Virus record (IMG/VR): IMGVR_UViG_3300030107_004028
Coordinates: 1 to 50,644 of that record
Reading direction: 5' to 3' (one strand)
Length of the DNA: 50,644 nucleotides
From: a virus
Lineage: Duplodnaviria > Caudoviricetes
Shown: piece by piece, positions 28,248 to 37,913 of the stretch
Layout of the letters: every line of letters starts with the position of its first letter
Position numbering within the stretch: position 1 is the first letter of the stretch
Made by a program: the position numbers and the translations under genes
The notes under the pieces: model-generated
Database searches by the model: none
What the model was told of the DNA's origin: nothing
Seen by the model: only the letters and a program-made list of their open reading frames with translations

Positions 28248-28390
28248 AAGCTAAAAAATCAGGGAATAAAGAGCTTGTACAGAAATTACAGCAAGAATAC
28301 GATAAAGAGTTAAAAATAATAAGAAGTTTAGAAGATGTTAAGGATAAGGAGGATTTTCCGAAAGATGACACAAAAAACAACAACAGCTGA
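28220..28390 (+). CDS. Small hypothetical protein (56 aa, not in ORF track)
   Basis: AGGAG RBS; fills the gap between neighbours. Confidence 0.5.
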   Translation: MEKSTKKIIEAKKSGNKELVQKLQQEYDKELKIIRSLEDVKDKEDFPKDDTKNNNS

Positions 28391-28724
28391 AGATGTAGTA
28401 GCATATATTAAAGAAAATTACCCCGAAACAGAAGGAATGTTTCAAAAAGAGCTAAATAATATGTATATGACTTTTTGCAAGAAACAGTACGATTATGGCC
28501 CAAATAACATAGCAATGGGTACATTGTTGAAAAACGATAAAGAAATCAGCACATCTCTATTAGGTATAATAGTAAGGATGAATGATAAGATAAACAGACT
28601 ACTTAACCTATCAACCAAACACGACCTCAAAGCTCAGAATGAGCCAATTGAGGATGCGTTTTTAGATATAGCAATATATTGCATAATGGCGTTAATAGTC
28701 AAATCAAGGAAATGGAGCAAATAA
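28365..28724 (+). CDS. DUF1599 / nucleotide modification-associated domain 1 protein
   Basis: KKQYDYG..NI...RMNDKINRL...EPIEDAFLDIAIY; AGGAGG RBS. Confidence 0.75.
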   Translation: MTQKTTTAEDVVAYIKENYPETEGMFQKELNNMYMTFCKKQYDYGPNNIAMGTLLKNDKEISTSLLGIIVRMNDKINRLLNLSTKHDLKAQNEPIEDAFLDIAIYCIMALIVKSRKWSK

Positions 28725-28828
28725 TGGCTAAAAAGAAAACAAAAAAGAAATCTGTTAAAAAGCTAAACTTTTGGCAAAGAGTAGCTAATGGGTGGAAAAA
28801 GTTCTTTTCATCTGCTTGGAGCAAATAA
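28724..28828 (+). CDS. Cationic amphipathic micro-protein (34 aa, not in ORF track)
   Basis: MAKKKTKKKSVKKLNFWQRVANGWKKFFSSAWSK; TAATG-coupled on both sides. Confidence 0.55.
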   Translation: MAKKKTKKKSVKKLNFWQRVANGWKKFFSSAWSK

Positions 28829-29553
28829 TGGCTGCAATTAAATGGACAGAGGACGAAGTAAGAATCTTAGACCAATATGAACGTACAGCTAAGTCAGCGT
28901 TCGTATTATATCAAGAAGTAAGAAAAGCTGGATATAATAGAACGTATAAGGCTGTTACACGTAAAATTGAAAGTCTAGGATTAAGAAAACCAAAAAGGTA
29001 CGTAACAGGGCACGAAAAAACTATTGGATACTTAGATATTGAATCTACTGGATTTAGTGCTAATATAGACTTGATGTTGTCTTGGTGTATAAAACCAAGA
29101 GGAGGTAAGGTAGTTGGTGCTGTGATTACTAGAGAAGAGCTAATGTCTGATAATCAAGACGCTAGAATCGTGGAACAGCTTGTTGAAGAAATGAACAAGT
29201 ATGACGTTATAATGACGTATTATGGAACAAGGTTCGACATTCCTTTCATTAGAACAAGGGCTTTATATCACGGCACTCACTTTCCTATGTATAGACAAAA
29301 GTCTCATAAAGACCTATACTATGTTGTGAGGTCTAAGTTGAAGTTACATAGGTCATCTCTAATGGCTGCTACTGAATTTTTTGGCATAGCAGGGAAAACT
29401 CGCGTTAGACCTGAGTATTGGCAGAAAGCACGTTGGGGTGATGCAAAATCACTGAAATACATTTATGACCACAATGTTGCAGATGTAGCTATATTAGAAA
29501 GACTGCATCGTAAGATAGAAGATTACGCTGCACCAACAGTTAACCCAATTTAG
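28828..29553 (+). CDS. DnaQ/RNase H-like 3'-5' exonuclease with N-terminal HTH-like segment
   Basis: YLDIEST, YYGTRFDIPFI, HKDL, Y..HNVADV; KWTEDE N-terminus. Confidence 0.85.
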   Translation: MAAIKWTEDEVRILDQYERTAKSAFVLYQEVRKAGYNRTYKAVTRKIESLGLRKPKRYVTGHEKTIGYLDIESTGFSANIDLMLSWCIKPRGGKVVGAVITREELMSDNQDARIVEQLVEEMNKYDVIMTYYGTRFDIPFIRTRALYHGTHFPMYRQKSHKDLYYVVRSKLKLHRSSLMAATEFFGIAGKTRVRPEYWQKARWGDAKSLKYIYDHNVADVAILERLHRKIEDYAAPTVNPI

Positions 29554-29561
29554 GAGAAACA

Positions 29562-29807
29562 ATGAAGAAAAACTCAAAACAAGAGCCTAACAAAATCTTT
29601 TTCAATGAAAAAGAGTATGAGTTCAACACTAGTGACTTAAGCGATGAAGGACAAACTCAATACGCTAGAGCAAACCAACTTGCAGTAGAATTAATGCAAA
29701 TGGAAAGAGCAGCGGCTGAGAAACGCTTTATTATCAACAATTACATCCAATTCGTAGTAGATGAAATCGAAAAAGAAAAAGATGTTGACGAAGATGATAA
29801 AAAATAA
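29562..29807 (+). CDS. Hypothetical protein
   Basis: AGGAG RBS. Confidence 0.6.
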   Translation: MKKNSKQEPNKIFFNEKEYEFNTSDLSDEGQTQYARANQLAVELMQMERAAAEKRFIINNYIQFVVDEIEKEKDVDEDDKK

Positions 29808-29816
29808 GTATATTAA

Positions 29817-30578
29817 GTGAAGACTCGAACTGTTAGAGGAGTTGAACACCATTTGTATGAAAATGTCGCCGAGTTCAGAGAATACCATTCTAATATAGGT
29901 TTGGTTGAGAACTGGCGACATTCGAATAAAGGTAATTGGATTCTTACTGATGATGGACAGGTATGTCAAGTATTACATCTTGGAGTACTAAAAAAATCAG
30001 ACAGGAAAAAAGAAACTACTTTTATTAGAACTATTATTGGTTCTTTTGTATGTGGTGAGAATGTAAAGATGAAAGGACCTATGCGAACAAATATGCATAC
30101 GTTCTCATCTGAAGGAAAATCTCCTTCTGTTAGAAGAAGAGAGAGAAAGAATGCAACTAATTCAGAATTTTTGTTTGCAAAGTATGTAGCAAAAGGAGAA
30201 GACGTGGTGGAAGCCTATATGAAGTCTTTTCCTACAAAGAACGAAAAATATGCACAAGGGCAAGCAAAAATGCTGTTAAAAACAAGTAGGGTGAAAAATT
30301 TGATTAGAGAAGAAATAGATAAGTATTTAGAAGAAGCAGAAATTACTCCAAGGTATTTATTGGAGGAAATGAGAGCGTTAATTGACAAAACTGGTTCAAG
30401 CGATAGAGATAAGATTTCTGCTATAACAACATTAATGAAAATCTCTGGAATGATGGATACTGAGAAAAAATCAGAATCTATTACATTATTCCAAGGTTTT
30501 ACAAAGGAGCAATTAAATGCAATTCAAGGGACCGAAGTCAAAAAACTTCAAGAAGTTAAAAGAGATATCGAGGAATAA
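29817..30578 (+). CDS. Probable terminase small subunit with N-terminal extension
   Basis: FAKYVAKGEDVVEAY...A..LL...V...I HTH pattern; upstream of TerL. Confidence 0.65.
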   Translation: MKTRTVRGVEHHLYENVAEFREYHSNIGLVENWRHSNKGNWILTDDGQVCQVLHLGVLKKSDRKKETTFIRTIIGSFVCGENVKMKGPMRTNMHTFSSEGKSPSVRRRERKNATNSEFLFAKYVAKGEDVVEAYMKSFPTKNEKYAQGQAKMLLKTSRVKNLIREEIDKYLEEAEITPRYLLEEMRALIDKTGSSDRDKISAITTLMKISGMMDTEKKSESITLFQGFTKEQLNAIQGTEVKKLQEVKRDIEE

Positions 30579-30744
30579 AAGATGTCACATATGCGATTCA
30601 AAGCTTAGAAATTCTGGTGTATTTGTTTGGTCGAGAAGAAAAGAAGATGCAGTAGCAATTAAATGTTGCCATTGCTTAACTACATATTCGACTGATTTTA
30701 ATATATTAGATTTAGGTATACCAAGAGAAGTAGGATATGCATAA
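30517..30744 (+). CDS. Small zinc-finger protein (start uncertain)
   Basis: CHIC and CCHC motifs; TAATG coupling to the next gene. Confidence 0.5.
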   Translation: MQFKGPKSKNFKKLKEISRNKRCHICDSKLRNSGVFVWSRRKEDAVAIKCCHCLTTYSTDFNILDLGIPREVGYA

Positions 30745-31139
30745 TGAGATTAGCAGTATATGGAACTTTGAGAAGAAATCGTCCAGATATTGGAAAAGTA
30801 AAAGGTTTTAGCCTTGTATTCCCAGGAACACATTCATATCCAGCAATTATAAAAAACCCTCAAGGAAAGGGAGCTGTAGTTGAAATGGTTGATGTAGACA
30901 ATGAAGATTTAGAATACTACGACAGATATGAAAATGTAGATGGAGGACTTTATGTCAGAACTACAGTTGATGTTGAGTTTAAAAGAGGACAAACTGAAAA
31001 AGCTTGGATATATGTAGCTGGACCATTGCTTTGGGAAAAATCAAAAACTTTCACAGAGGTTCCTGATGCAGACTGGTTGTCTGAAAAAACATCAGAGTTA
31101 ATGGACAGAGTATATGAAAAAGAAATCTACCAAACCTGA
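30744..31139 (+). CDS. Gamma-glutamylcyclotransferase (AIG2-like) family protein
   Basis: LAVYGTLR, YPA, YDRYE...LYVR, AWIYV. Confidence 0.85.
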   Translation: MRLAVYGTLRRNRPDIGKVKGFSLVFPGTHSYPAIIKNPQGKGAVVEMVDVDNEDLEYYDRYENVDGGLYVRTTVDVEFKRGQTEKAWIYVAGPLLWEKSKTFTEVPDADWLSEKTSELMDRVYEKEIYQT

Positions 31140-32700
31140 AAATTTTAATATAATACCTCCTGACTTATCTCAAAAAGAAAAAGCTCTTGAGTTAGCAAAA
31201 AAGGATATTATAACTTTTGGTCAAATGTTTTTACCAGAAGACTTTATGAAATCTAGTCCAGCTCCGTATCAATACGAGTTAAGCGACTTGTTGTTAGGTG
31301 ATGAGAAAAGGGCTTGTATTATACTTCCTCGCGGTCACGCAAAATCTACTTTAGCAAAAACTGCTTTATTGTATAAATTATATTTTAACCCACCTGAAAG
31401 AAGAGAATTTATTGCTTGGGTATCTGAAGAACAATCTCAAGCAGTAGACCATATCAAATATATACAAAACCATATTGATATCAATCCTGCTTTAAATTAT
31501 TATTTTGGAGATTTAAAAGGTAGTAAATGGACAGAAAAAGAATTTACTACAGCAAGAGGAGATAGGGTAATTGCAAAAGGAACCACTCAAAGATTGCGTG
31601 GTCGTTCTCAATTAGGGTTAAGATATACAAATATTATTCTTGATGACTTTGAATCAGAGCTAAATACAAAGACACCTGAAAGAAGAATGGAAATTAAAGA
31701 ATGGGTTATGTCAACAGTAGAACCTGCTTTGGAAAATTCAAAAGGACAAGAAGGTTCTGTGTGGTTAATTGGCACAATTGTTCACTATGATTCATTCTTA
31801 CAAAGTATATACGATGGATATTTATCAGCTAAAAAAGAAGAAAGAAAATACGCTTGGTCTGTTATGTATAAAAAAGCTATAGACAATGGAGTTCCTTTGT
31901 GGCCTAACTACTTTAGCAAAGAAAAGTTAGATGATATTAGAAGAAGATTCTCCGATATGGGACTTGTTCATAAGTTTGCTCAAGAGTATTTAAATGAAGC
32001 AAGAGATTTAGAATCTGCTAAATTTAGAATTAAAAGAATAAATTATTATAAAGGAAATTTAGAATCAAGAAATGGTTTTAATTATATGATGATAGATGAA
32101 TCTGCTATTCCAGTAAATGTATATTTAGGAGTTGATTTAGCATATGAGGCAAATGCAAGGAGCGACTATCAAGTTATTATGGTTATTGCTATAGACAAAG
32201 AAAGAAATATATATGTTATTGACTATTATAGAGAACACTCTCCTTTATATGATATGCCTCATAAAATATTTGAATACGCAAAAAGATTTAGTCCTGTTAG
32301 AAGGGTGAATGTAGAGAAAGTCGGTGCACAAGGTGTTATTAAAGATTATGTAAATAAGCTAATAGGTAAAGATAGAAAAATGGCACCAGGTTTAGCTCAA
32401 GGAGTTAGACCACCAGCTGGAATTAAAAAAGAAGACAGAATAGAGGCATTGTTGTGTCCTATTGTAAATTCTAGAAAATTATTTATCAAAAGAGAACACA
32501 GTGATTTGGTTGACGAAATGTTTGAGTTTCCTAAAGGTAGAAATGATGACTTATTAGACGGATTATGGTATTCTGTAACGACCGCTAAGCCACCTAAAAG
32601 TTCAGCTATTGAAATAGATAAATTCAACGATATTGGCTCAAGTGACGAAAAAACGATGGGTTCTCAGGTAATATCTTGGATTACAGGACAAAAAAATTAA
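31114..32700 (+). CDS. terL: Terminase large subunit
   Basis: PRGHAKST Walker A, LRG, IILDD.E Walker B, GT, QEYLN, GVDLA, FPKGRNDDLLD. Confidence 0.93.
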   Translation: MKKKSTKPENFNIIPPDLSQKEKALELAKKDIITFGQMFLPEDFMKSSPAPYQYELSDLLLGDEKRACIILPRGHAKSTLAKTALLYKLYFNPPERREFIAWVSEEQSQAVDHIKYIQNHIDINPALNYYFGDLKGSKWTEKEFTTARGDRVIAKGTTQRLRGRSQLGLRYTNIILDDFESELNTKTPERRMEIKEWVMSTVEPALENSKGQEGSVWLIGTIVHYDSFLQSIYDGYLSAKKEERKYAWSVMYKKAIDNGVPLWPNYFSKEKLDDIRRRFSDMGLVHKFAQEYLNEARDLESAKFRIKRINYYKGNLESRNGFNYMMIDESAIPVNVYLGVDLAYEANARSDYQVIMVIAIDKERNIYVIDYYREHSPLYDMPHKIFEYAKRFSPVRRVNVEKVGAQGVIKDYVNKLIGKDRKMAPGLAQGVRPPAGIKKEDRIEALLCPIVNSRKLFIKREHSDLVDEMFEFPKGRNDDLLDGLWYSVTTAKPPKSSAIEIDKFNDIGSSDEKTMGSQVISWITGQKN

Positions 32701-32707
32701 ATAATTG

Positions 32708-32737
32708 TTGACAAAAGTAAGAAATAATTATTATTTT
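32708..32737 (+). promoter_or_regulatory. Promoter TTGACA-18 bp-TATTTT for head genes
   Basis: Intergenic; resembles 1906..1935. Confidence 0.6.
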
Positions 32738-32766
32738 AATAGTAAAAATAAAATTGGGAGTAGACC

Positions 32767-34764
32767 ATCGAAAAATACGAAGAAAACAAAAACAAAGGAC
32801 AGATAAATAGAGAGTTGTTCCGCAGGTGGAGAGACGCTAGACAGTCCTGGGATACAGAAGCTAGAGACGCTGTAGACTTTGTTTTAGGTAATCACTACAC
32901 AGCAGATGAATCAAATGCTTTACAAGCAGTTGGTCAAGCTGATTTCGTTATAGATAGGGTTTATGCAGCAGTTGATAAATTAAAATCTTTATTAACAGCT
33001 CAACCTGCAAGATTTTCTGCAATAGGAAGAGAAGATTCTGATAATAAACTAGCAAACGTTTGGAAAACAATACTTGAATACATATGGGACATTTCAAAAG
33101 GAGATGTTGTTTTTAAACAAATTGTTCACGACTATGCTGTTGCTGGTCTTGGATATGCTTATGTTTATGTAGACCCAGAAGCTGATTACGGAAGAGGCGA
33201 AGTAAAGTATACAAATGTTGACCCATTTCGTGTTTATGTAGACCCTGCATCAAGAGATAGGTTTTTTCAAGATGCGTCTGGTATAGTTTTGTCAACATAT
33301 CTTACTGAACAACAATTATTAGATTTATACCCAGAATTAAAAGAGGTTATAGATAAATTAGAACCAGGAGATAATTCTCTATATGGAGAAGATTATCCTA
33401 CATCTAATTTAAAAAACTCACAAAATGTGTTTACTCCAGCAGAAGCAAAGAATTTAGATTACAACACTAATGAAAAATATCAAATTTTAGATAGATTTTA
33501 TAAAGTAAGAGTTCCATACTATAGAATGTTTAATACTTTAGATGGTTCAGAAAAAATTATAGACGCAGAAACTTATGCGGAAATTGTAGAGCAACAAGAA
33601 ACTATTGAAGCTTTTGAAAGAGGAGCTATAGAGATAGAAGAAATTATGCAAACTAGAATTGCTCAATGTTCTACGATAGGAAATATTTTATTATTTGAGC
33701 GTACCTTAAGTACTGATATCTATCCAATTGTTCCATTTTCGAACATTTGGACTAACACTCCCTATCCAAAGTCAGATGTGAACAAGGTTAAAGACTCTCA
33801 AAGGCTTTTAAATAAGCTATTCTCTTTAACCTTGTCACACGCTCAGTCTGCAGCAGGATTAAAATTATTAATTCCTGAAGGAAGTATAGATAGCACAAGT
33901 CAGTTAGAAAAGGATTGGGCAAACCCTAATGCGGTTATTGAATATAACCCAGAATTTGGTGAGCCTCACTACCCACAACCAGCTCCATTAACAAGTGAGT
34001 TTTATTATTTGATTGATAGGGTAGAGAAATATATAGATTTAAATTTTGGTATTCCTGAATTATTACAAGGGTATAAAGACCAAGCTCCTGAATCAGTAAG
34101 AGGAACAATGCTTTTATCTGAGATGGGAGAATCAAGAGGAAAATCAAAATTAAGAGATGTAGAAGCAAGCTTAGCACAAGTAGGACAAGTAGTGTATAAT
34201 CTTGCTAAGGGACATTATCAGTTCCAAAAGACTTTTAAAATTGTACAGGCCAATAACGACTTAACAGAATTCACTGTCAATATGAGATTGTACGATGATA
34301 AAACAAACGAACTAGTGCAAATAGAAAATGACCTAACAATAGGTCAACACGATGTTCGTATAATATCAGGCTCAACTTTACCGAGTAACAAGGTTGCAGA
34401 ATATAATATGTACCTAGAAGCTTACAAGATTGGTCTGGTAGATGATGTCGAGGTTTTAAAGAAAAGTGAAATCTACGACAAAGAAGGTGTTCTTCAGAGA
34501 AAAAGCCAAATGGCTCAAATGCAAAGCTATATTGCACAACTTGAAGACCAAGTAAAGAAACTTAGCGGAGACTTGCAAACCTCAGAACGTGAAACTGTAG
34601 GAGCTCGTAAGAGAGTTGAAACAGAAAAATTCAAGTCAGAGTTAAATGCAGTTCTTCAGAATGCTAAGTATAACGAAAAAGAAAAGGCAATGAATTTAGG
34701 AAATGTAGTTGACCGTATGGAAGATTCTTTACTGCAAGAACAGAAAACAAAAACAGAAAAGTAA
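32767..34764 (+). CDS. Portal protein (P22-like podovirus type); probable ATC start at 32767
   Basis: Follows TerL; F..GNHY, VDPF.VYVDP, YPIVPF, VKDSQR.LNK, C-terminal coiled coil; GGGAG 6 nt upstream of an in-frame ATC. Confidence 0.85.
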   Translation: MEKYEENKNKGQINRELFRRWRDARQSWDTEARDAVDFVLGNHYTADESNALQAVGQADFVIDRVYAAVDKLKSLLTAQPARFSAIGREDSDNKLANVWKTILEYIWDISKGDVVFKQIVHDYAVAGLGYAYVYVDPEADYGRGEVKYTNVDPFRVYVDPASRDRFFQDASGIVLSTYLTEQQLLDLYPELKEVIDKLEPGDNSLYGEDYPTSNLKNSQNVFTPAEAKNLDYNTNEKYQILDRFYKVRVPYYRMFNTLDGSEKIIDAETYAEIVEQQETIEAFERGAIEIEEIMQTRIAQCSTIGNILLFERTLSTDIYPIVPFSNIWTNTPYPKSDVNKVKDSQRLLNKLFSLTLSHAQSAAGLKLLIPEGSIDSTSQLEKDWANPNAVIEYNPEFGEPHYPQPAPLTSEFYYLIDRVEKYIDLNFGIPELLQGYKDQAPESVRGTMLLSEMGESRGKSKLRDVEASLAQVGQVVYNLAKGHYQFQKTFKIVQANNDLTEFTVNMRLYDDKTNELVQIENDLTIGQHDVRIISGSTLPSNKVAEYNMYLEAYKIGLVDDVEVLKKSEIYDKEGVLQRKSQMAQMQSYIAQLEDQVKKLSGDLQTSERETVGARKRVETEKFKSELNAVLQNAKYNEKEKAMNLGNVVDRMEDSLLQEQKTKTEK

Positions 34765-34806
34765 CCTGGTTCGGCGCGTTAGAGCGAAATCAGGGAAGGA
34801 GAGGAA

Positions 34807-35571
34807 ATGGCAGAAAAACAAGAACAGGTTGAACAGCAAGACCCAATAGTGGAAGGCGTAGGAGAAGTTAATGAAACTATTTCTATAGAAGAACCACAAG
34901 AGCAAGTCGTTGAAGAAGAGATGGCTGAAGCTGTAGATTGGGAAGCAGAAGCTAAGAAGTTTCAGTCTATGTACGATAAAAAGACCGCAGACTATGAAAA
35001 TATGTCTAGGGACACTGCTCAATTATCAGAATTGAGAAACGTACTAGAATCGAATCCTAACTTAGTACAAGCAATGGAAAACGAACTTACTGGTCAATCA
35101 CAAGGAGTTGAACCTAAAGATTCAGATGTGTCACCAGACGCTTTTGACCCTTGGGACGCCTATTACAAGAAAGATTCACCATCTTACAAAATGAGGGTGG
35201 CGAATGAAGAAAAGCTTGTACACGACACTGTAGACCGTGAACTCGGAAAAATACAGCAGGCTATGGCAATTAATAATTTGAAAACTGAATTAGTATCCAA
35301 GTATAAACTTGGAGATGACGAAGCTTCAGATTTTATTGAATTTGCTACTACTCCACGAGGAAATCTTCCAGTAGAGACCTTAGTAAAGGTTTGGAAAGAA
35401 GAAAAAGGCGGGAAGAAAGTAAATGAAAATAAAGAGGCAGTCCAAAAAGCTAAAAGTATACCTAAACCAGCTGGAGTTCTTCAGGGTGGAGACATTCCAC
35501 AGAAGGATGAAGCAGACCAGGTTTGGGACTCAATTATGAGCGCTAGTGGCCAAAACAAATTAGCAAAATAA
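34807..35571 (+). CDS. Probable capsid scaffolding protein
   Basis: Acidic coiled coil between portal and MCP. Confidence 0.75.
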   Translation: MAEKQEQVEQQDPIVEGVGEVNETISIEEPQEQVVEEEMAEAVDWEAEAKKFQSMYDKKTADYENMSRDTAQLSELRNVLESNPNLVQAMENELTGQSQGVEPKDSDVSPDAFDPWDAYYKKDSPSYKMRVANEEKLVHDTVDRELGKIQQAMAINNLKTELVSKYKLGDDEASDFIEFATTPRGNLPVETLVKVWKEEKGGKKVNENKEAVQKAKSIPKPAGVLQGGDIPQKDEADQVWDSIMSASGQNKLAK

Positions 35572-35598
35572 TATAACAATTAGCTTAGGAGAAACAAT

Positions 35599-36972
35599 AT
35601 GGCTTATAATCAGAATCAATTAAAACAATCTGATATCAGCGTTTCAACGACTAGCATTAGTGGATTTCAGAATCCAGACCAAAGAAAATTGTATGACTTT
35701 TCTGACCGAGTTGCAGAACTTATGCCAGAGGAGTCACCTTTTTTCGTCTACCTAAGTAAAGTTGCAAAGAATCCAGTGGATGACCCTGTGTTCCGTTTCT
35801 TAGAAAACAGAACAGTCACTAACTGGACTTCGCGTAACTTTAGCTTAGCGGCTAATGTTAATGGTGGAAGTGCTGTTACAGCTGGTAACTCATACGACTT
35901 TACTGTTGACGACGGTTCAAGTGGCGCAATTTCATTCCTTACAAAAGGAATGGTTGTTGCTGTTAATACTGTTGACTCAACAGCAGGGTGGTCTCAAGCT
36001 CTTGTAAGAGTTGAAAGTGCTCCATCAATCGGTTCATCTTCTACTGCCTTCACAGGAAGAATAGTAGATGTATCTAATGCTAATGTTTCAGGATATAATG
36101 TTCTATCTAATAATGATGCTTGCCAAATCGTTGGTACATCATTTGAAGAAGGAACAGGTTCACCTGATACATTTTCAGATACGCTAGATGACGATTATGG
36201 GTATACTCAAATCTTTAAAACAGCTTGTGAGCTTACCAACACAGCGATAGCAACACGTCATCGTGGTTATGCTAACGAATTTGACAGAATCTGGGCTCAA
36301 AAACTCCGTGAACACAAAGTAGACATCGAAAGAGCTATGCTCTTTGGACAACGCGCACGTGTTAATGGAATTCAATACACTGAAGGTCTTGTAGGACACA
36401 TCGTAAAAAATGTCAACCCAACAGCTGACGATTCAGCATTAAGTTACTCTTCTGGTAGTGCATACTACAGAAGCGTTGCTCAAGCTGAATTAACTTACGA
36501 TAGATTACTATCTGACTTAGAAGTTATTTTTGACCCAGCAAGAGGTGGAGCAAGTGAAAGACTTGTTCTAGCTTCTTTACCCGTAGTAACATTCTTTAAC
36601 AAATTAGGCGACGGTGCTTTCTTAGACGCATCTATTGGCTCAGCGAGCAATATGCCTTACAGAATGAATTTTGATAAAGCAGACGGAGCTTTCGGGCACC
36701 AATTGCTTAACATCAATACAATTCACGGTAGCTTATACCTTGTTAAAGAGCCTCTATTTAGAGGAATGGCAAGTGGAATGATGCTTATGGCTGATATGTC
36801 TAATGTGGCATACAGACCATTAGTTGGAAATGGTTTAAATCGTGATACTCAAATCCAAACAAATGTACAAAGTGCAGATGAGGATTTAAGAAAAGATATG
36901 ATTCTTACAGAAGCAGGTCTTGAAATCACATTACCAGAAGTACACGCGCTTTACAATGTGGAGGGTATATAA
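35599..36972 (+). CDS. Major capsid protein (DUF5309/SU10-like)
   Basis: PEESPF, YTQIFK, KVDIERAMLFG, EAGLE..LPE.H; position after scaffold. Confidence 0.88.
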   Translation: MAYNQNQLKQSDISVSTTSISGFQNPDQRKLYDFSDRVAELMPEESPFFVYLSKVAKNPVDDPVFRFLENRTVTNWTSRNFSLAANVNGGSAVTAGNSYDFTVDDGSSGAISFLTKGMVVAVNTVDSTAGWSQALVRVESAPSIGSSSTAFTGRIVDVSNANVSGYNVLSNNDACQIVGTSFEEGTGSPDTFSDTLDDDYGYTQIFKTACELTNTAIATRHRGYANEFDRIWAQKLREHKVDIERAMLFGQRARVNGIQYTEGLVGHIVKNVNPTADDSALSYSSGSAYYRSVAQAELTYDRLLSDLEVIFDPARGGASERLVLASLPVVTFFNKLGDGAFLDASIGSASNMPYRMNFDKADGAFGHQLLNINTIHGSLYLVKEPLFRGMASGMMLMADMSNVAYRPLVGNGLNRDTQIQTNVQSADEDLRKDMILTEAGLEITLPEVHALYNVEGI

Positions 36973-36973
36973 G

Positions 36974-37405
36974 ATGAGAAGTAGTTATTTAGAAGTTAAC
37001 AGTGGACAAGGCGACTACAGAAAACACGTAGAGCACTTAACATCAGCAATCACATTAACAAATGATGATAGCGGTAAAGTGTATATGTGTTCATCTGCAG
37101 ACGGCGCGTTCTCAATTACATTACCTACAGCCTCAACAGGCTTAGATGGAGTGCATTATAGATTCATCGTTTGGGAGGAAACTCCTACCGCTGATATCAC
37201 AATCGCTGCTGGTAGTGCAATTGTTAGCTTGGTTAACAAAGATGCTGGCGGAGACGCTGCTAACTCAACAGCTGGTACTCAAATTTCAAACGTTATTCTT
37301 GACACAACTGCTCAACGCGGTGATGTTGTAGATATAATGTTCTGGGGTGGCGAGTATGTAGCTACTGCGTTAAGTGGTATCAACAATGGTATTCAAACAT
37401 CGTAA
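36974..37405 (+). CDS. Probable capsid decoration/structural protein
   Basis: LT.DDSGKVY...ITLP...G..Y.F beta-rich pattern directly after MCP; ATG 36974. Confidence 0.6.
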   Translation: MRSSYLEVNSGQGDYRKHVEHLTSAITLTNDDSGKVYMCSSADGAFSITLPTASTGLDGVHYRFIVWEETPTADITIAAGSAIVSLVNKDAGGDAANSTAGTQISNVILDTTAQRGDVVDIMFWGGEYVATALSGINNGIQTS

Positions 37406-37487
37406 TAATCTGTGAAGATTAGCAGTTTTTGGAACTGTGGGGTTGCTCGTATAAAGGTGTAACCCCGAAATCCAAAAGGAAAAAGAT

Positions 37488-37703
37488 ATGTGGAAAATAT
37501 TTAAAGACGAAAACGAATATAATGAAAAAGCAATCATTGGATTTATTTCCTTTGCTATTATGGTTATGTTTGGAATAGTAGATTTAGTGACAGGATTGAT
37601 GGGACAAGATTTAGTTATCAATGACAATGTATATAATTCATTTGTTTGGGTAACATTAGGAAGTTTCGGCATAGCTGGAGCAGAAAAAGTTTATAAGAAA
37701 TAA
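37488..37703 (+). CDS. Small two-transmembrane protein (holin-like)
   Basis: Two hydrophobic helices and basic C-terminus. Confidence 0.55.
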   Translation: MWKIFKDENEYNEKAIIGFISFAIMVMFGIVDLVTGLMGQDLVINDNVYNSFVWVTLGSFGIAGAEKVYKK

Positions 37704-37715
37704 TAGGAGAAAAAG

Positions 37716-37913
37716 ATGGCGAATTACAATACAACTACAAAAGTTATTATTAATGATATAAGCCCACAAGCAGATTCAGTTTCTGGCTCTTTGGCTAAAG
37801 AAATTAATGATTATATCCAAGGGCTTGATGATAGTTCTGGGGCTATAGTTGACATAAAAGCAGTCAAATTAGATAGAAGTAGATTAGCTTACATTATTGT
37901 TCATAAAGGATAA
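37716..37913 (+). CDS. Hypothetical protein
   Basis: AGGAG RBS. Confidence 0.6.
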   Translation: MANYNTTTKVIINDISPQADSVSGSLAKEINDYIQGLDDSSGAIVDIKAVKLDRSRLAYIIVHKG

